This document shows, piece after piece, positions 1-13,783 of a stretch of 64,000 nt of DNA. The notes beneath the pieces are model-generated. The model was not told the DNA's origin. It did not search any database and saw nothing but the letters and a program-made list of their open reading frames with translations. Position 1 is the stretch's first letter. Each line of letters starts with the position of its first letter. The stretch covers positions 1,552,093 to 1,616,092 of the forward strand of contig OZ199839.1 in the NCBI GenBank assembly GCA_964304625.1. Reading direction: 5' to 3'. The DNA is from Kudoa neothunni. Taxonomy: Eukaryota > Animalia > Cnidaria. A program made the translations under genes and the position numbers.

Positions 1-718
1 CGCGCGCAGCCAGGAGATATTCACAAATGAATGAATCTTTTTCGTTCATCTACTTTTCAAACACCACCAAATCTTGATAAATGAATAAAAAAAATTATAT
101 TTTGATACACTGTCTTTTAAAATGTTAATTTGTTTAAAATGCATAATCTAATGGTGCTCCTAATGCCGACAAAAGCCTGTAGTAATGCTTTTGATGTATC
201 CAGGCTAAGCTCGAAATTCACTGTCGAAGCATTTTGTTGTGTCTTTCTTTAAAACAGTGTTCATAAAATAAAGAATTTTATTGAACAATGTCACCTATTT
301 AATATTTCACTAAGAAATTTGTTGGTAGATAGTTCGTAGATTGCTGATAGATTGTTGTTGAGGGTTGATTAGGTATTTGAATGGTTAGGCTGTTATAGAG
401 ATAGAGTAGTTATTTTATTCAGAGTTGGATAGGATGTAAAAATTAATAAATATAAAACATGCGCAAACACTTAACAATGGACGATAACGCTTGACTTGGG
501 GACGGTACTCGCTAAGTCGAATACATTCGTCGTGGACATTCAACTCGTCATATAGGTTTGGTGCGGTGGTGTTGTAATCTTCAGGTAAATCACGTCAATA
601 TTAATAATTTCGGCTAAAATTGGTTCAATTATAAAATTTTGCGGGATTTAAATGGGGGATCGATTATTTTGGTTATGAGTTCGATGTGAGTACTACAGTG
701 GATACATTTTTGTAGACA

Positions 719-3700
719 ATGTCCGGCGACAATTCTTCAAACAATTTACCAAAACCAGACCATATTTTAAGTCAAATTCCTTCCGATAATGCAGCCGCAA
801 AGCTACATGACCAATCAACCACTAATGTTGTTGTTGCTGCTGCTGCTGCTGCTGCAAAATCGCCTATCTATTGTGGGAATGGCGACCGTAAAAGTTTATC
901 TCTGATGAAACGCCTAGATCAACAATGTTTCGGGCAATTGCTTTCTCTCACCAATTATTTGACTATGTTCGAAGAGATTGTGGGGGACCAACTACCAGAA
1001 GATTCCTTCGAGTGGGTGTTTCGAGTTTGGATTTTTTTTATTTTTGTTAGCGTTCAACAACACATTCCAACACCAGTATCAAATGAAATATCCAGTGGAG
1101 ATTGTAAGGGGGGAGAAAATTTGAATTTTGATTTTTCAAATGTTGGCCAACAGCGCCACCATTTAAAGGTATCCTTCGCTGTTGGGCTACGCACATCCGA
1201 TTGAATACTATTAAAATGTAGGATGCATTAAGTTGTCACGACCCTATTGCAGCTGTATCTGACAACCCCACGGAACGGATTGATGAATTGGTTCATCTGT
1301 ATAAATTTGAGTGCAACCAACGTCGACAGTTATCCAAGACCAAAAGAGTATCGACTCATTTGTTTCAATTTTCCTAACAACCACCTAGAATATTGACCGT
1401 TTGAGAAATTATTCCACAGGAATTATGACCAATCGAGATAAGTTTGATGAATCTGTGTTGACTACTTCGCCAAAAATGTCCAAACGTAACTAATTTATTT
1501 CCAATAACAAGCGAGATTTCTTGTTGATTAGTCGATGGTAAACAACCGATCAGCAGTAAAATCAATCAATCGATTTCTTCGTCCACCCAGGAAACTACAT
1601 CATCAAATTCCATCAGTATTACCACCAATATTAAGGAGAAAAGGGGCGATAATGAAGTATATCTATTGAATGGTATTGATTTATTTGGTTGTGATTAGTT
1701 TGTTCCTGAAACCACACGAAAACGTCGAAAAAAACACTTCATAGGATCGGACGGTCTGTTTCTTCTCCAATGTGATACAGATGGAGTGAGATTTCGTTTC
1801 TATTGCGATTTCATCTCGAAAGCTGTCCCAAAAGTATGCTGATAACTATAACACCTATTAGAAATGCCATTTTTATTATGCATGGCTTCAATCGTATATT
1901 TTTATTCTGTTGATTAGGTTCACCGCTACAGAAACTCCGTCCGAGCCAATCTAGTTAACACTAAGAGAAAGGTTGATAATCAAACGGTTTGCGACTTTTT
2001 TTATTTATTATGATTTTAGTTGGCGAACAACTTCAACAAATATAAAAGACGTTATCATACATTGTCAAAGAAAAACGAACGTGATTTCCATTCTCGCGCC
2101 AAAAAAGTGTTTAAAGAAGTCTGCAACTACGGCAAACGAAAAGCTAAAGCCGCTCATTCCAACAAAAAGAAAAAGGAGCAAGAAGCTGTCGACAACCGAA
2201 AGCAACAAATTCAATACAAAGAGGTTTGATTTTTTTTCTTTGTTGTAGATTGTATGTAGCGTTGACTGTAGATGAAACGCCAACAACGTAAACTCAACTA
2301 TCTCATTACTCAGACCGAACTTTTCTCGCATTTTATGGGTTTAAAAACTCCACAAGGTCCATTATTTCTTGATTAATGTTAATATATTCGATTGTCATTG
2401 TTTGTTTGTTTGTTCAATACATACATTAACTTTTGTTGATACTGTGGGTTAGAATCCTCCTCGTTCGATATCAACAACGACGAACTTGCCAAAATTCTCA
2501 GTATTCTTGATGAGGGCGATAACACTTCCGAAACCAAAAATGAATCCACAACTGTTGCCCCTTCTGATCCCGTTGTTGAAAACGATCAATATGGTTGGTT
2601 TTTGTCTTACTCATTGAAATTTAAATTTCTAAATGAACATTCGAATTTCAATGGCTCACTCTATCTCTATAGATGTTGATCAAGCCAAATCATCCGCTAT
2701 GGAATCCATTAGAAAAGCTGTGGAGAAACAAAACCTACGACTAAGTCAATATCAAAACAACAACAGCAATAGCGATAACATTATCTCCATTGAGGAATAC
2801 TTTCAACAACCTAATATCATATTCAATGGTAAACTGAAGGGATATCAATTAAAGGTTTGGCATTTATATACTAATTTAATTTATTGATGTTCTTATCGAA
2901 TATCAACTTTTAGGGAGTTTCGTGGTTAAGCAATCTCTATGATAAGGTAATTTATTGTTGAGAAATTGGCGCAATTAGTAATGATGTATGAAATTATTTG
3001 ACAGGGTTTCAATGGCATCCTCGCTGATGAAATGGGTCTCGGAAAAACTGTTCAAACAATGTCCTTTCTTTCGTATCTTGCCGAGGTTACTCATTCATTA
3101 GTTATTTTTTAACTGTTATAATTGATCGTATAGACTCGTAATTTGTGGGGTCCTTTCCTTATCATTTCCCCCTCCTCCACCCTTCATAATTGGCAGCAGG
3201 AATTTACTAAATTTGTGCCCGAATTCAGTGTTCTTCCCTACTGGGGCACTGGAAATGAAAGAAAATTACTGCGTTCATTTTGGAATTCGGTAACTTTTTA
3301 TTTAAGATCTTACAAATTTTTAATTTTTATACGACAGAAAAAAAAATTTCTTCAATCAAGACATGATGCTCCCTTCCATGTTCTCATTACCAGCTATCAA
3401 TTGGTAAGTTGTTGAACTTGTGATACAAAGTAGTAAATATCCATTCTTGTTAAAGTGTTCTTGATTATATGATTACGTATTTAATCAGTAATAATTTAAT
3501 ATAATATAATTGTTTAATTAATCTATTTTTTTATTGATTAAATATTAAAAAAATTGATTATTATAATTTATTTAATTGCTTCAGTTATAATTCAACCACT
3601 CGATTGTAGTTTGTTATGATTCAAATGCAATGACTATTATATTAATTAAATTATACTTAATCGCTTTTTAATTTATTTATAAGAAAATTAATTATCAATC

Positions 3701-6700
3701 GCTCTATTCTTTAAATATTATTTGATTGTTTAATTGAAATCAATTAGGTATATTCAATGAAAATTTCTTTTTTTTATAAGAATTTTAATTATAATTTAAC
3801 TTTATAATCACATAATTACTCGATTAATGTTCCTATGGAATTTCCATTTCATTTTTTTCGGATTAATATGTATTGAATTGTTATTTTTATTGGAGATTTT
3901 TATTTATTTATGTGAATTATGTTAGTTATTTTAAAATAATTTATAATTCTTAATGGTGACTAATTGAACTATTCCTTACTTAATTAAAATAAGCTTTTTT
4001 ATTTGAGAAATTATTAAATCGCTTTAATTCTCCCAAATCTGGTGAAGAAATGTATAGTATAATTAATATTCATTTGTAAGTTACGATGTTGAGGTTTTTG
4101 TTGTGCTATTCCTTTTTAAAATTGCGTACTGATATTATGATTGTATATATCAATATTCGATAATTACTTTAGGCATCTTTTCAGATAAATCGTGGGAATT
4201 ATTTTGTATATTCTTATGAAATGTAAAAATATCTCTTTTTCATTGTTAATATACATGATAGATGTATATCCTAATATATAAGGTAGTAGTGTCCGTGTGT
4301 GTGCCTCTAAGTACGCATATACGCATATGCGAAAATATTTTCCTTATAGGGAGTCATATATTAAATTTTAAAAGTTTGTTGATATTTGAAAAATTCACTT
4401 AATTTCTTTCACGCGACTAAAATTTCCAAAAAGTACTTATGAAATAGTGATTTTGTCGATTTAAAGTTTGTTTATCGGATTGCATGAGTTCGACTATAGG
4501 ATTAGCGCCTGCTTATCTCATGGTGATGGTCAGTTGAAATTAACTTGCCCCTTATATGCTCTATCAAATGTTTAGTTGAGCGATGTCATCTGATTTTTTA
4601 TGTAATGTTGGCGTGTCTATTTGGGTGTTTGCGAAAATACAATCTTTATTTCTGGAGTTTTAACGTATTGGACTTGATAAGCATATTTTGAAAGTTCTAT
4701 TAATGGTTTTTAGATATGATAGAAATTCTATATTTACATTATTAATAGCGGGTTGATAGTGCGTGTTACAATCAGATAGATTGGTGCATTATAATGTAAG
4801 TACCATGTCCGTAGATTTCATTGAAATCGTTCCGTTATGTTGAACTTTCAGTGGTCCATTTCAGTGCTGATTGTTGAACGTTTACTTCATTCGATTATTT
4901 AAATTATTCGTGTTGATATAGGCCGCGATTTGTGGCAGTTTGTTGGAAAAAACGCATTTTAGTTTATGTGGGGCCAATGGATATTAATTTGAGCAATTAA
5001 AATTTATTTTCTTGTGTTTTCTTTCATTTCTATTACCTTTTCTATTTTTTATCCCTTAAAAAGTTAACGGTGCACTTATTTTCTGAGCTGGGCTAGAATT
5101 AACTTTTAAAAATCACCCGGGCCATAAAGTAACGTGTTTGATTGCATTTTAAGAGTGTTTGAATAAGTCGCGAACGAAAATAAAATAGGGCACTGACCTT
5201 AAATTATTTAGCGTTGGTGCCTGGGCAAGAAATTGTTAATTAAAAACCGGGATTGTCACACTCCTGCACAGAAATGATCATGGTTTAAATTTCGAAATCA
5301 AAATCGACAAAGTATGAGGTTTTAAAAAAATTAGTTTTTCTGCTTATATATATATATATATATATCAATTTGAAACATAATTTTTTGAATGTTGTTGAGA
5401 AACGTCTCTATGCGAAATCTTCCCCCAAACAACGCTGGGCAGTTCGCGCTAGAACTGATAATAAATAAATTATATTTGATCAGTTTTACGGTTATAGCGC
5501 TATCTTCGAAGAAATAATCTGTGTAGGATTTCTATTATATGGTTTATATTAATGTTCGTTCATAAATGTAGATAATAAATATTAAAAGATTTTAAATGGG
5601 AAAACACTATTTGCACGGTGGAATTCTATTCTAAACGAAATGTACTCTTGTCCTATGAAAATTTTTAATCCCAGGGACTCTTACAAGCTGTTTAAAAATT
5701 TAATTTTTAGAATCTGCTGTATTTAATTATTTTTTGCCATTGAGAACAGAGCGGTGGGTCAAAAATAATTAAATATAGTCAAAATTTACGTCATTTGAAT
5801 ATTATTTACCGCGCCAATAGCCACATCTTTTTAAACCAGGGCCGTTAACCTACGACCCGTCAGTAATCTCTACCTGCCTGCCATGCATTGCCTGACATAC
5901 AAATTTTCCTTGATATTTAAAGCACTTAAATAATTTTTATTTATCTAGATTGTTTTTCCAAATATTAATATGTCGTCGATATAAACATAAATAATTCGAA
6001 TAATAAGATGAAGTAAGATTACAACCATCTGTATTGAATTTAATCACAGAAAGTTAAACTTAGAGGATGATTTCAATAAAATCTACGGACGTGGTGGTTG
6101 TATTAATAAGCTTCAATCCAGCCGATTATAGAATTCCTTATCAAATCGCTATTTATGGTGCAAACAGACTTTTTCTCATATTTTAAACCATTAATAGAAC
6201 TTTTAAAACATACCTATCACACCATATACGTTAAAACTCCCGCCAGAAGTGTATATGCGCAAAACCCCAAATATACACGCCAACATTATATAAAAAGTCA
6301 AGTGGTATCGCTTACTTTTAATTTGATAAAGCATATAAGGAGGAAAGTTACTTTCCACGGACCATCACCATTACCTAAGCCGGTGTTAATCCTATTGTCG
6401 AACTCAAGTAATCCGTTAAACAACCTTCGAATCGACGAATTCACTATTTTCTAAACACTTTTGGGACATTTGGAAGTGTAAAAACGATTTAAAGATTTTT
6501 TGAAACATTGTGATTTAAAAAAAATTTTGATGCACATGCGTACTTGCTGACACACAGACACTTGAGCTTTATATATATATAGTAGATTTCTAAAATAACG
6601 TCAAAATTATTTCTATATAAAGTAAAATATTTTTAGGAATGCATATAGGTAATCTAATGTAATTTGACATCGTCCAATAAATCATTCATTCACAAGTTGA

Positions 6701-9700
6701 GCATGGGTTGATTACACTACACTTGCAAATTATTAGAATATAATATTTTTGATGCAACTTACTTTTATAATTTAAGTAACTTTATTAATTCTTCTTTCTA
6801 TATTTACATTCAAAATTTGAATTAAGAATAATGTAACATTTTAATATACCAATTTTGATACGTCTCATATAATAAGAATTAGAATAGGTCTGTTCGACCC
6901 ACCCACTGTTCATATGGTTGCCGATCCCCGTTTAAAAAGTTTACTAGAAAATATACGGTTTACGTGATTTTCGGTAGTTATAATTAATCTCCGATTGAAT
7001 TTTTATATGTTAAATTTTACTTTTATTCGAAATTATATTTTTTTGTTAAAATTTTATCTAATTTAAAAAAATTATATATTTGATGTCTATTATTTATAAA
7101 TCAATTTTGGTCGTTTATATTCTAATTATCTTAATTTAATATATTTATTTAACAAATTACACTAAGAATGTGTAATTTAAACTTGTTAACATTAATTTAG
7201 TCATATTTTCAACATTTGATTTTTTTAATTTGAGATATATTAAATAAGAATGGACTTTACTGGGAAAAAATTGTAATAAATTAATATATTATGAGTTAGA
7301 TTGTTCGTGATGTTCAATTTTTTACAAAATTAAACTGGCAATATATGGTGTTGGACGAAGCCCAAGCAATTAAAAGTTCGAACAGGTTAACATTGGTTTT
7401 TTGTTAGGCATGCATTCTAAAATTATTATAGTCAACGCTGGCAAAAATTGCTCAGCTTCAAATGCCGTAACAGACTTTTACTTACTGGAACCCCGATGCA
7501 AAACACAATGGCAGAACTGTGGTCTCTGTTGCATTTTATTATGCCAGTTCTTTTTGACAGTCATGAAGAATTCAACGAATGGTTTTCTAAAGACATCGAG
7601 GGACGTGTTGAAAATAAGGCTGCCGTTGATGAAAGTACAATTATTTTTTTATCGCTTTTCCGCATTTTTTCTAATATGGTATGTGTAGCTCATCTTTCGC
7701 GTTTGCACATGGTTTTGCAACCGTTCATGTTAAGACGAACCAAAAAAGAGGTCGAAAAAGAACTTACCGATAAGGTGAGTTCATGTTAATTCTACTACTT
7801 CTTTGAATAATAGAGCATATTGTTGATATCATTAATTTAATAAAAATAATTATAGGTGGAAATTTTGGTCAACTGTGGACTCAGCCTAAGGCAAAAGTTC
7901 CTCTATCAAATCATCAAGGAAAAACTTTCCAGCAATGACATTATGGATGCTATGTATAAAAAGATTGGCGCTGCCAACAAAACTGCCATGATTAACAGCT
8001 ACAAAAAGCTAATGAATTTGATGGTTCAGTTTAGAAAAGTGTGCAACCATCCAGATTTGTTTGAGAATAGAGATGTTTATTCTCCCCTGTACGTTAAGCC
8101 TATTGAGTATTCGTTACCAAATTCATTTCTTGATCTTCGAACTGCATTCAAGCCTTTAACGATAGTTTCAAAACTTTTCAATGTATTTTCGGCTGAGAAT
8201 GTTACGACTCAATTTTTCGAAAACAATTCCAACTTTGGGGGAATGTACTATTGTCGTGTCGCTCCAAGCGCGTTGGTAAAATGTTCCTCAAGCCTGTTGT
8301 TTCAGTTTCAATATTACCTACATCAATTATTTGCTCAACAGTCAAAACTCTATCTTAATGAGAACGATAGTGGAACGGAGTCGGCTGCATCAAACCGACA
8401 CCAGACTAAGGCATTGATGAATTTGATGATTTGGCCTAGATTTAAATTATCAGTCATACGGTTATTGGCCGATTTCAGCGCTGCTGTCAGTGAACTAACC
8501 ATTATTCGAAACAATACTAATATTAGCACTTGTGGGATAGTTAAGATAACCCCAAAATGCACCTTTTTAAATGTGAACGATTCTTCAAATGAAAAACTTT
8601 ATAATGTGGAAAATGCTCCTAACCATAACGAAATTAGAGAATATAATAATAAAATATACACCCTCGAATCAACCTTTGATGACTCCCTCCGAACTTACCC
8701 CAATATTGTTCTTAGTGCTTTCTGTAAAAAGGTGACCACTTCTCCACCTCAAATTAAAATGATCTCCAAACGGGCCACTGTTCACCAGGTCAATTTGAAT
8801 CAACTCAATAAGCAGAATGAGAGTTTTCTTATTGATGGCGGTGGTGAGATGATGCCCCACTATTTCCCAATCACCCACACCAACCATTGGTCCTACAATT
8901 CCAAACTGGGATTCAGTGCGATATGCCCTCCCCAGGGATGGTCAAATGTGGTCAAGTCGGATCCATCTGAACTTATAGTAGACAGTGACAAGATGCTTGT
9001 TTTGCATTCATTGTTGTCTCGTTTGAAATCACAGGGTCATCGTGTTTTGATCTATTCACAAATGACAAAAATGATTGATATTCTCGAGGTTTAACATTGT
9101 TTTTTGTTTTTATCCTTGGATATTAATTGTTGATGTATATTTAGAATTATCTCATAAGATTAAAGCACAAGTATGTAAGATTGGATGGGTCGTCAAAGAT
9201 GGCAGATCGTAGAGAGACTGTTTCCGATTTTCAAACCAACACTGACATTTTTGTCTTCCTACTCAGTACCAGAGCTGGTGGCGTTGGTATCAACTTGACT
9301 GCTGCCGACACTGTCATCTTTTACGACAGTGATTGGAATCCCACTGTCGACCAACAGGCCATGGATCGGGCTCATCGTCTTGGTCAAACCCGCCAAGTCA
9401 CTGTTTATCGTTTAATTTGTGTTGGCACAGTCGAAGAGCGTATTCTTCAAAGGGCAAATCAAAAATCTTTGGTTCAACAGATGATCATCTCCGGCAAAGA
9501 TAAAAATAAATCTCTCAAACCAAAAGAAATTGTCGCTCTCTTATTGGACGAGGACGAACTGCAACAACGTATGAAAGCTCGTAGAGAATCTGCTACTACG
9601 GAGCGTCGAAAAAATAAACCTGTATTCTTATATTTTGGAGTCTTAAATTTAAAATATTATTTAATTACATAGGCAAAAAATCAAAGTGCCACTAGTTCCA

Positions 9701-9850
9701 CTATTAAAAGTTTAACTGCCCCCACTAAGAAAACTACTAAAAGAAAAAAATCGACTCCAAACACTTCAGGTAAATGATATTCTATTTCATTCTCTTTTTT
9801 AATCTTTTCCTCACTTAGATTCTCTTGATAAAAAAGTAAAGGTGGTTTGA
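719..9850 (+). CDS. INO80: Chromatin-remodeling ATPase INO80 (multi-exon)
   Basis: Spliced reading gives the DBINO motif [22 protein letters not shown] (~2274-2340), SNF2 motifs [21 protein letters not shown] and [10 protein letters not shown], a long split-ATPase insertion (7856-9090 exon) and HELICc [40 protein letters not shown]. Most introns are short GT-AG; one is 3896 bp (3404-7299). Stop TGA 9848-9850; AATAAA near 10013. N-terminal exon boundaries are approximate. Confidence 0.95.
4269..5452 (+). mobile_element. Non-autonomous Helitron-like element, family A, copy 1 (in INO80 intron)
   Basis: 5' A|TCCTAATATATA followed by a GT-rich tract; 3' GC hairpin CCCAAACAACGCTGGG then CAGTTCGCG-CTAG; no TIR or TSD. 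Colinear with 52544-56172 and with the minus-strand copy ending at 6586. Confidence 0.75.
5837..6930. mobile_element. Degenerate hAT (Charlie-like) MITE hosting a truncated Helitron
   Basis: Left end CAGGGCCGTTAACCTACGACCCG and right end GGTTGCCGATCCCCG resemble CAGGGGTCGGCAACC-type hAT termini; 8-bp flanks TTTTAAAC / TTTAAAAA are a degenerate TSD. Confidence 0.45.
5970..6586 (-). mobile_element. Helitron-like family A, copy 2 (5' half, 3'-truncated)
   Basis: Reverse complement begins A|TCTACTATATATATAT..GTGTGTCAGCAAGTACGCATGTGCATCAAAATTTTT, nearly the same as 52544 onward; its internal sequence aligns with ~4430-4920 and ~55600-55710. Confidence 0.7.
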
Positions 9851-10362
9851 TCTCGAAAATTCTTATTACGTTCCCATTAATGGAAGTCAATAATCTACTT
9901 GTTGCTTATCTTAGAGTATTAATGCGTAATTATTACCTCAAGAAGTCGTTGTTTTATAGCTTACACTTCTTAACATTTAGTTTCAAATTATATCTGTATA
10001 CTGATCCTATTTTAATAAAATGAATGTTTTTGCACTTGTTTATTTTTTGGTGAAAATTTTCGTTGTATATGCTTTTTGCTGTGTAATTTCTTCTTCATAT
10101 TTAAAGTTTCCTGTATTATATGTATATATTATATGTAAGTATAGTCAATGATCCTAAATATATTACGAACTTGACTATGAATAAAATATAAATTCTTTTA
10201 TTATTTCATTAATTAGATCTTATTATTTAACTTAAGGTAAAGGGCTTTACATTAAATATTTAGGGACTATTAAAGAATTTCGAAAACGCATTCTTTAATT
10301 ACATAAAAAAAGTGGATATTGTAACGGATCGTACATTTCAGATAGGACGAGTTTTGACAATA

Positions 10363-12768
10363 CAGTCGAGCCTCGATTATCCGGAAGAAATTATAGATTT
10401 TATTGACATTACGTGCCGATAAATGTTCCATTATTCGGAACCTCGATAACCGGAAGAACTGTTTAATCATATTTCTGAATAAAAGTAGCAACCACCACTC
10501 TACTACGTATACAGTGTATCATATATACCGGTGCAATATTTATAACAAAAATATTTCTAGGTTATTTACTAATAAATTTTCCTTTTAAAACTTAAGTTAA
10601 ACATTCAGTTCTTATATTAATTTGTACATTATCTGAACACATGCCTGTATGTATATTAAACAAAAATTAATTATCGATTAAGTAAAAATAGGTTACTCCT
10701 CTGCAGACGTGTTAAACTGCCATAACTATGTAATTTTCCCTTTAAGTCTCCATATTCTTAGATAATAGATATGTTAAAATTTTCAATTTGAATAGCAGAA
10801 GTTAAAATATTTTACTTAATAAATAGTAAAAAATTGCTTATTAATCAGGTAAATAATCCTTTAACCCTTTAAGACTGAATGATGCCATATGGCACCACGG
10901 CGTTGTTTTGGAAATTTCTCGGCGTGTATTAGTGTTTCTGCATAAATATATCTCAGATGGATATTATTAATTTCTACTATATTTTATTAAAAACAAATAA
11001 CAGTATTGTTTATTTTTTTATCAATAAAAATACAAATTAAATCGATATTTCTTATATAATTATATAATAAACAAATAATGCTTGGTTGATAGAATTATAT
11101 TCTTAAACTTATTATATTTTCATTAAAAACATATATATTGGAAATTACATAAAATTTGTAAAAACATGTATATCGCCGTTATTAGTTCGTTAAAGTTTAC
11201 AATGAATGATTAATTCGTGGTGTCTTATGGCACCATTCGGCGCTCACGTTGTTGTGACGGATTAACGTTATCATGGACTCTGATTTGGTGAAAAAGATTA
11301 GTGATAATGATGATATTGTTGAAGAGTTAATATTACTACATGATGCCGATATATCTGACACTGAAAACATATCTGATGATGAAATCGAAAATTTGAAACC
11401 CGATATTCTCTCAGATACTAGTTTTGACACGGAGGATCATAACGACCATCAATCACGATTTATAAAAAACTCATTAAATGTGGTAGATGAAAGCGTGCTC
11501 ATAAATAAGAAACTCAAAAAAGAGAATATTTTTGATCCTTATTCACATTTTAATATGTTCTTTTCCGACAAATTATTTGAATTAGTTTGTAAAGAAACTA
11601 ATAAGTATTACATAGAAAAAAATTCGTCGTTTCGGACTACCGTAAACGGAATAAAGTTATTCATTGGAATGCTTATAAGGATGGCCATTATTAAACTACT
11701 TAGAATAAGGAGCTATTGGAGTGCTGAACTCAACATAACAACTATAACTGAGAAAATGTCGAGAGATCGCTTCATGGATATGCAAAAATTCATTCATTTT
11801 TGTGATAACAATGATATTGTTAAATCCAGTACTCACAGGGATTACGATCGATTTTTTTAAGTGAGGCCCCTACTAGACATCATTCGAGAGGCCTGTTTGA
11901 AAACTGAACCCGACCATAATCAATGCTTAGATGAGCAGATGATTCCATTTAAAGGTAAGTCTGCCCTCAAACGATCTGTCATTCTAACCTAAAAAATGGG
12001 GGTTCAAGGTATTTACAAGAAACGGGTCTAGTGGTATTGTCCACGGCTTTTTTTTGAAGATGGTAATTTTACTTTTGATAATTATTTTTCAACGCTCCCC
12101 CTGCACTCGATTCTACTCAAAATGGGCCATCATTCCACGAGTACGATAAGAAGAAATCGTCTCCGTAATTGTCCTATCAGTCAATAAGACCTTTAAAAAA
12201 TTGAAAGAAGGCAGTTACGAATACGCGCTATATGTAGATAAAGATATAAAAATTAACATTGAGCGCTGGTTAGACAGCTCCGTCGCTACTGTGCCATCGA
12301 CAGCTCATTCTATTTCTCCTATGAGCATTATCGACAGATACGATCGAAAAGAGAAAAAAATTGTAAAAATCGATTTTCCCTATATATCATCAAAATTTAC
12401 AATCAAAACGTGGGTGGAGTGGAGTTTTTTGGCATGCTGATGGCTCTTTATCGATTGGACCATAAATCCGAAAAATGGTATAGGAGGATATTTTTTGGGA
12501 ACGACAACGTCTCTAAATTTTTGAGACCAAGATGTCTCCAAATGATGCCATATGGCATTATTAAGTTTAATAGACTTCCTAATTAAATATTTTGACATTT
12601 TCAAGAAAAAATATTTTCTCGCTCCCTGATTTTCAAATCTCAAGGGTTAAGTGGAAATTAAAAAAACGACCTCTCACAAGGCAGTGATTATGTTTGATTA
12701 GCTGGAGGCTTGCTATCCGGAAAGAAAATCGTCGACCCCAAATTTTCCGGATAATCGAGTTTTGACTG
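10363..12768. mobile_element. Tc1/mariner pogo/Tigger-type MITE interrupted by a piggyBac
   Basis: TA|CAGTCGAGCCTCGATTATCCGGAA ... TTCCGGATAATCGAGTTTTGACTG|TA: ~24-bp TIRs starting CAGT, with a TA TSD. Confidence 0.8.
10865..12646 (+). mobile_element. piggyBac transposon with disrupted transposase (3'-deleted)
   Basis: TTAA|CCC...GGG|TTAA termini (TSD 10861-10864 and 12647-12650); subterminal palindrome TGCCATATGGCA at both ends; ORF 11273-11860 (acidic N-terminus, SYWS, MSRDRF, HFCDN) continues out of frame into LDEQMIPFKG, KWGFK and STGTIRRNR motifs. Confidence 0.9.
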
Positions 12769-13783
12769 TATTTAATTATTTTTGTCCAACTGCTAGGTTG
12801 TTACGCAGCGGACGCGACATTCACTATGTCTCTTAATCAAGTATTATTCAGGTGATTGCTAACGTTATTTTTTGAGTTGATACATGAAGTTATCAGCTGC
12901 ATATCAGCCCCAAATTCTTTGTGTTTAAGAGATGTGTTGACTTATATGGCAGAAAATGCGCGTTTGCGGGAAACATTTCCTTCTAAATAACAAAGTTTAG
13001 CAAATTCTAATTACAGAAACTTGAATAAGTTCTTAATTTGGTAAATTTATATCTTTCCAAGTTGTTATATGAACTATATCAATAGACATAAATCACACTC
13101 GGTGACATCACGTCGACGGAAATGTAGATTATCCAGTTGTTTCGCCAGTTAATTCATAAAAAAAGTAAATGTAAATTTTAAAGATTACGTTAGGAGGTTA
13201 TCAAAGTTCATTTAATTTTTTTTTGAATTCATAATATCAAAATCATGCCGTGCAATCTTATATATATAACTTATAATTTATAAGGAACAGAGTTAGTATA
13301 AATATGAAATGTTTGATTAATAATAAGCACATAATTAAGATAAATACAAAATGATGATGGTTTTTTGGTTTAGAATAAATAAATTTAAACTTATTATTAT
13401 AAAATTCTCTCTCTATATATATATATCTATACCAAATATACTTCTAATATTTGGAGATAAAATACATAGAAATATCACTATAGAACTACGTAATATCAAA
13501 TTTGATAGGAATTGGATTCGATATGTAAAAATCCATTAATAATACAGAAAAATAAAATTATTTTATTATCAATAGAGAAGTATGCAAAATTGTTATCTTT
13601 TCGAAGACAACGTTCCGTTAGTGGGTTATCTACAATACATTAGTCTTGTTCATCAGAAATTATAGAAGAAATAATACGGGAACCGTAAATAACATTCTAA
13701 GCAGCTATTATTACTTTAAATATGAGTTAGAGAAAAACCAGTAATATTCATAAAACAAAGAAATATTTTATCGAGTTTTGCAA

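Noticed and set aside
1-539. Possible 5' exons of a minus-strand gene divergent from INO80 (MSTTNVFDLASTVPK..; ..NEKDSFICEYLLAAR)
   Set aside because: The composition looks coding, but I could not join the exons in frame or recognise a product, and it is truncated by the window edge.
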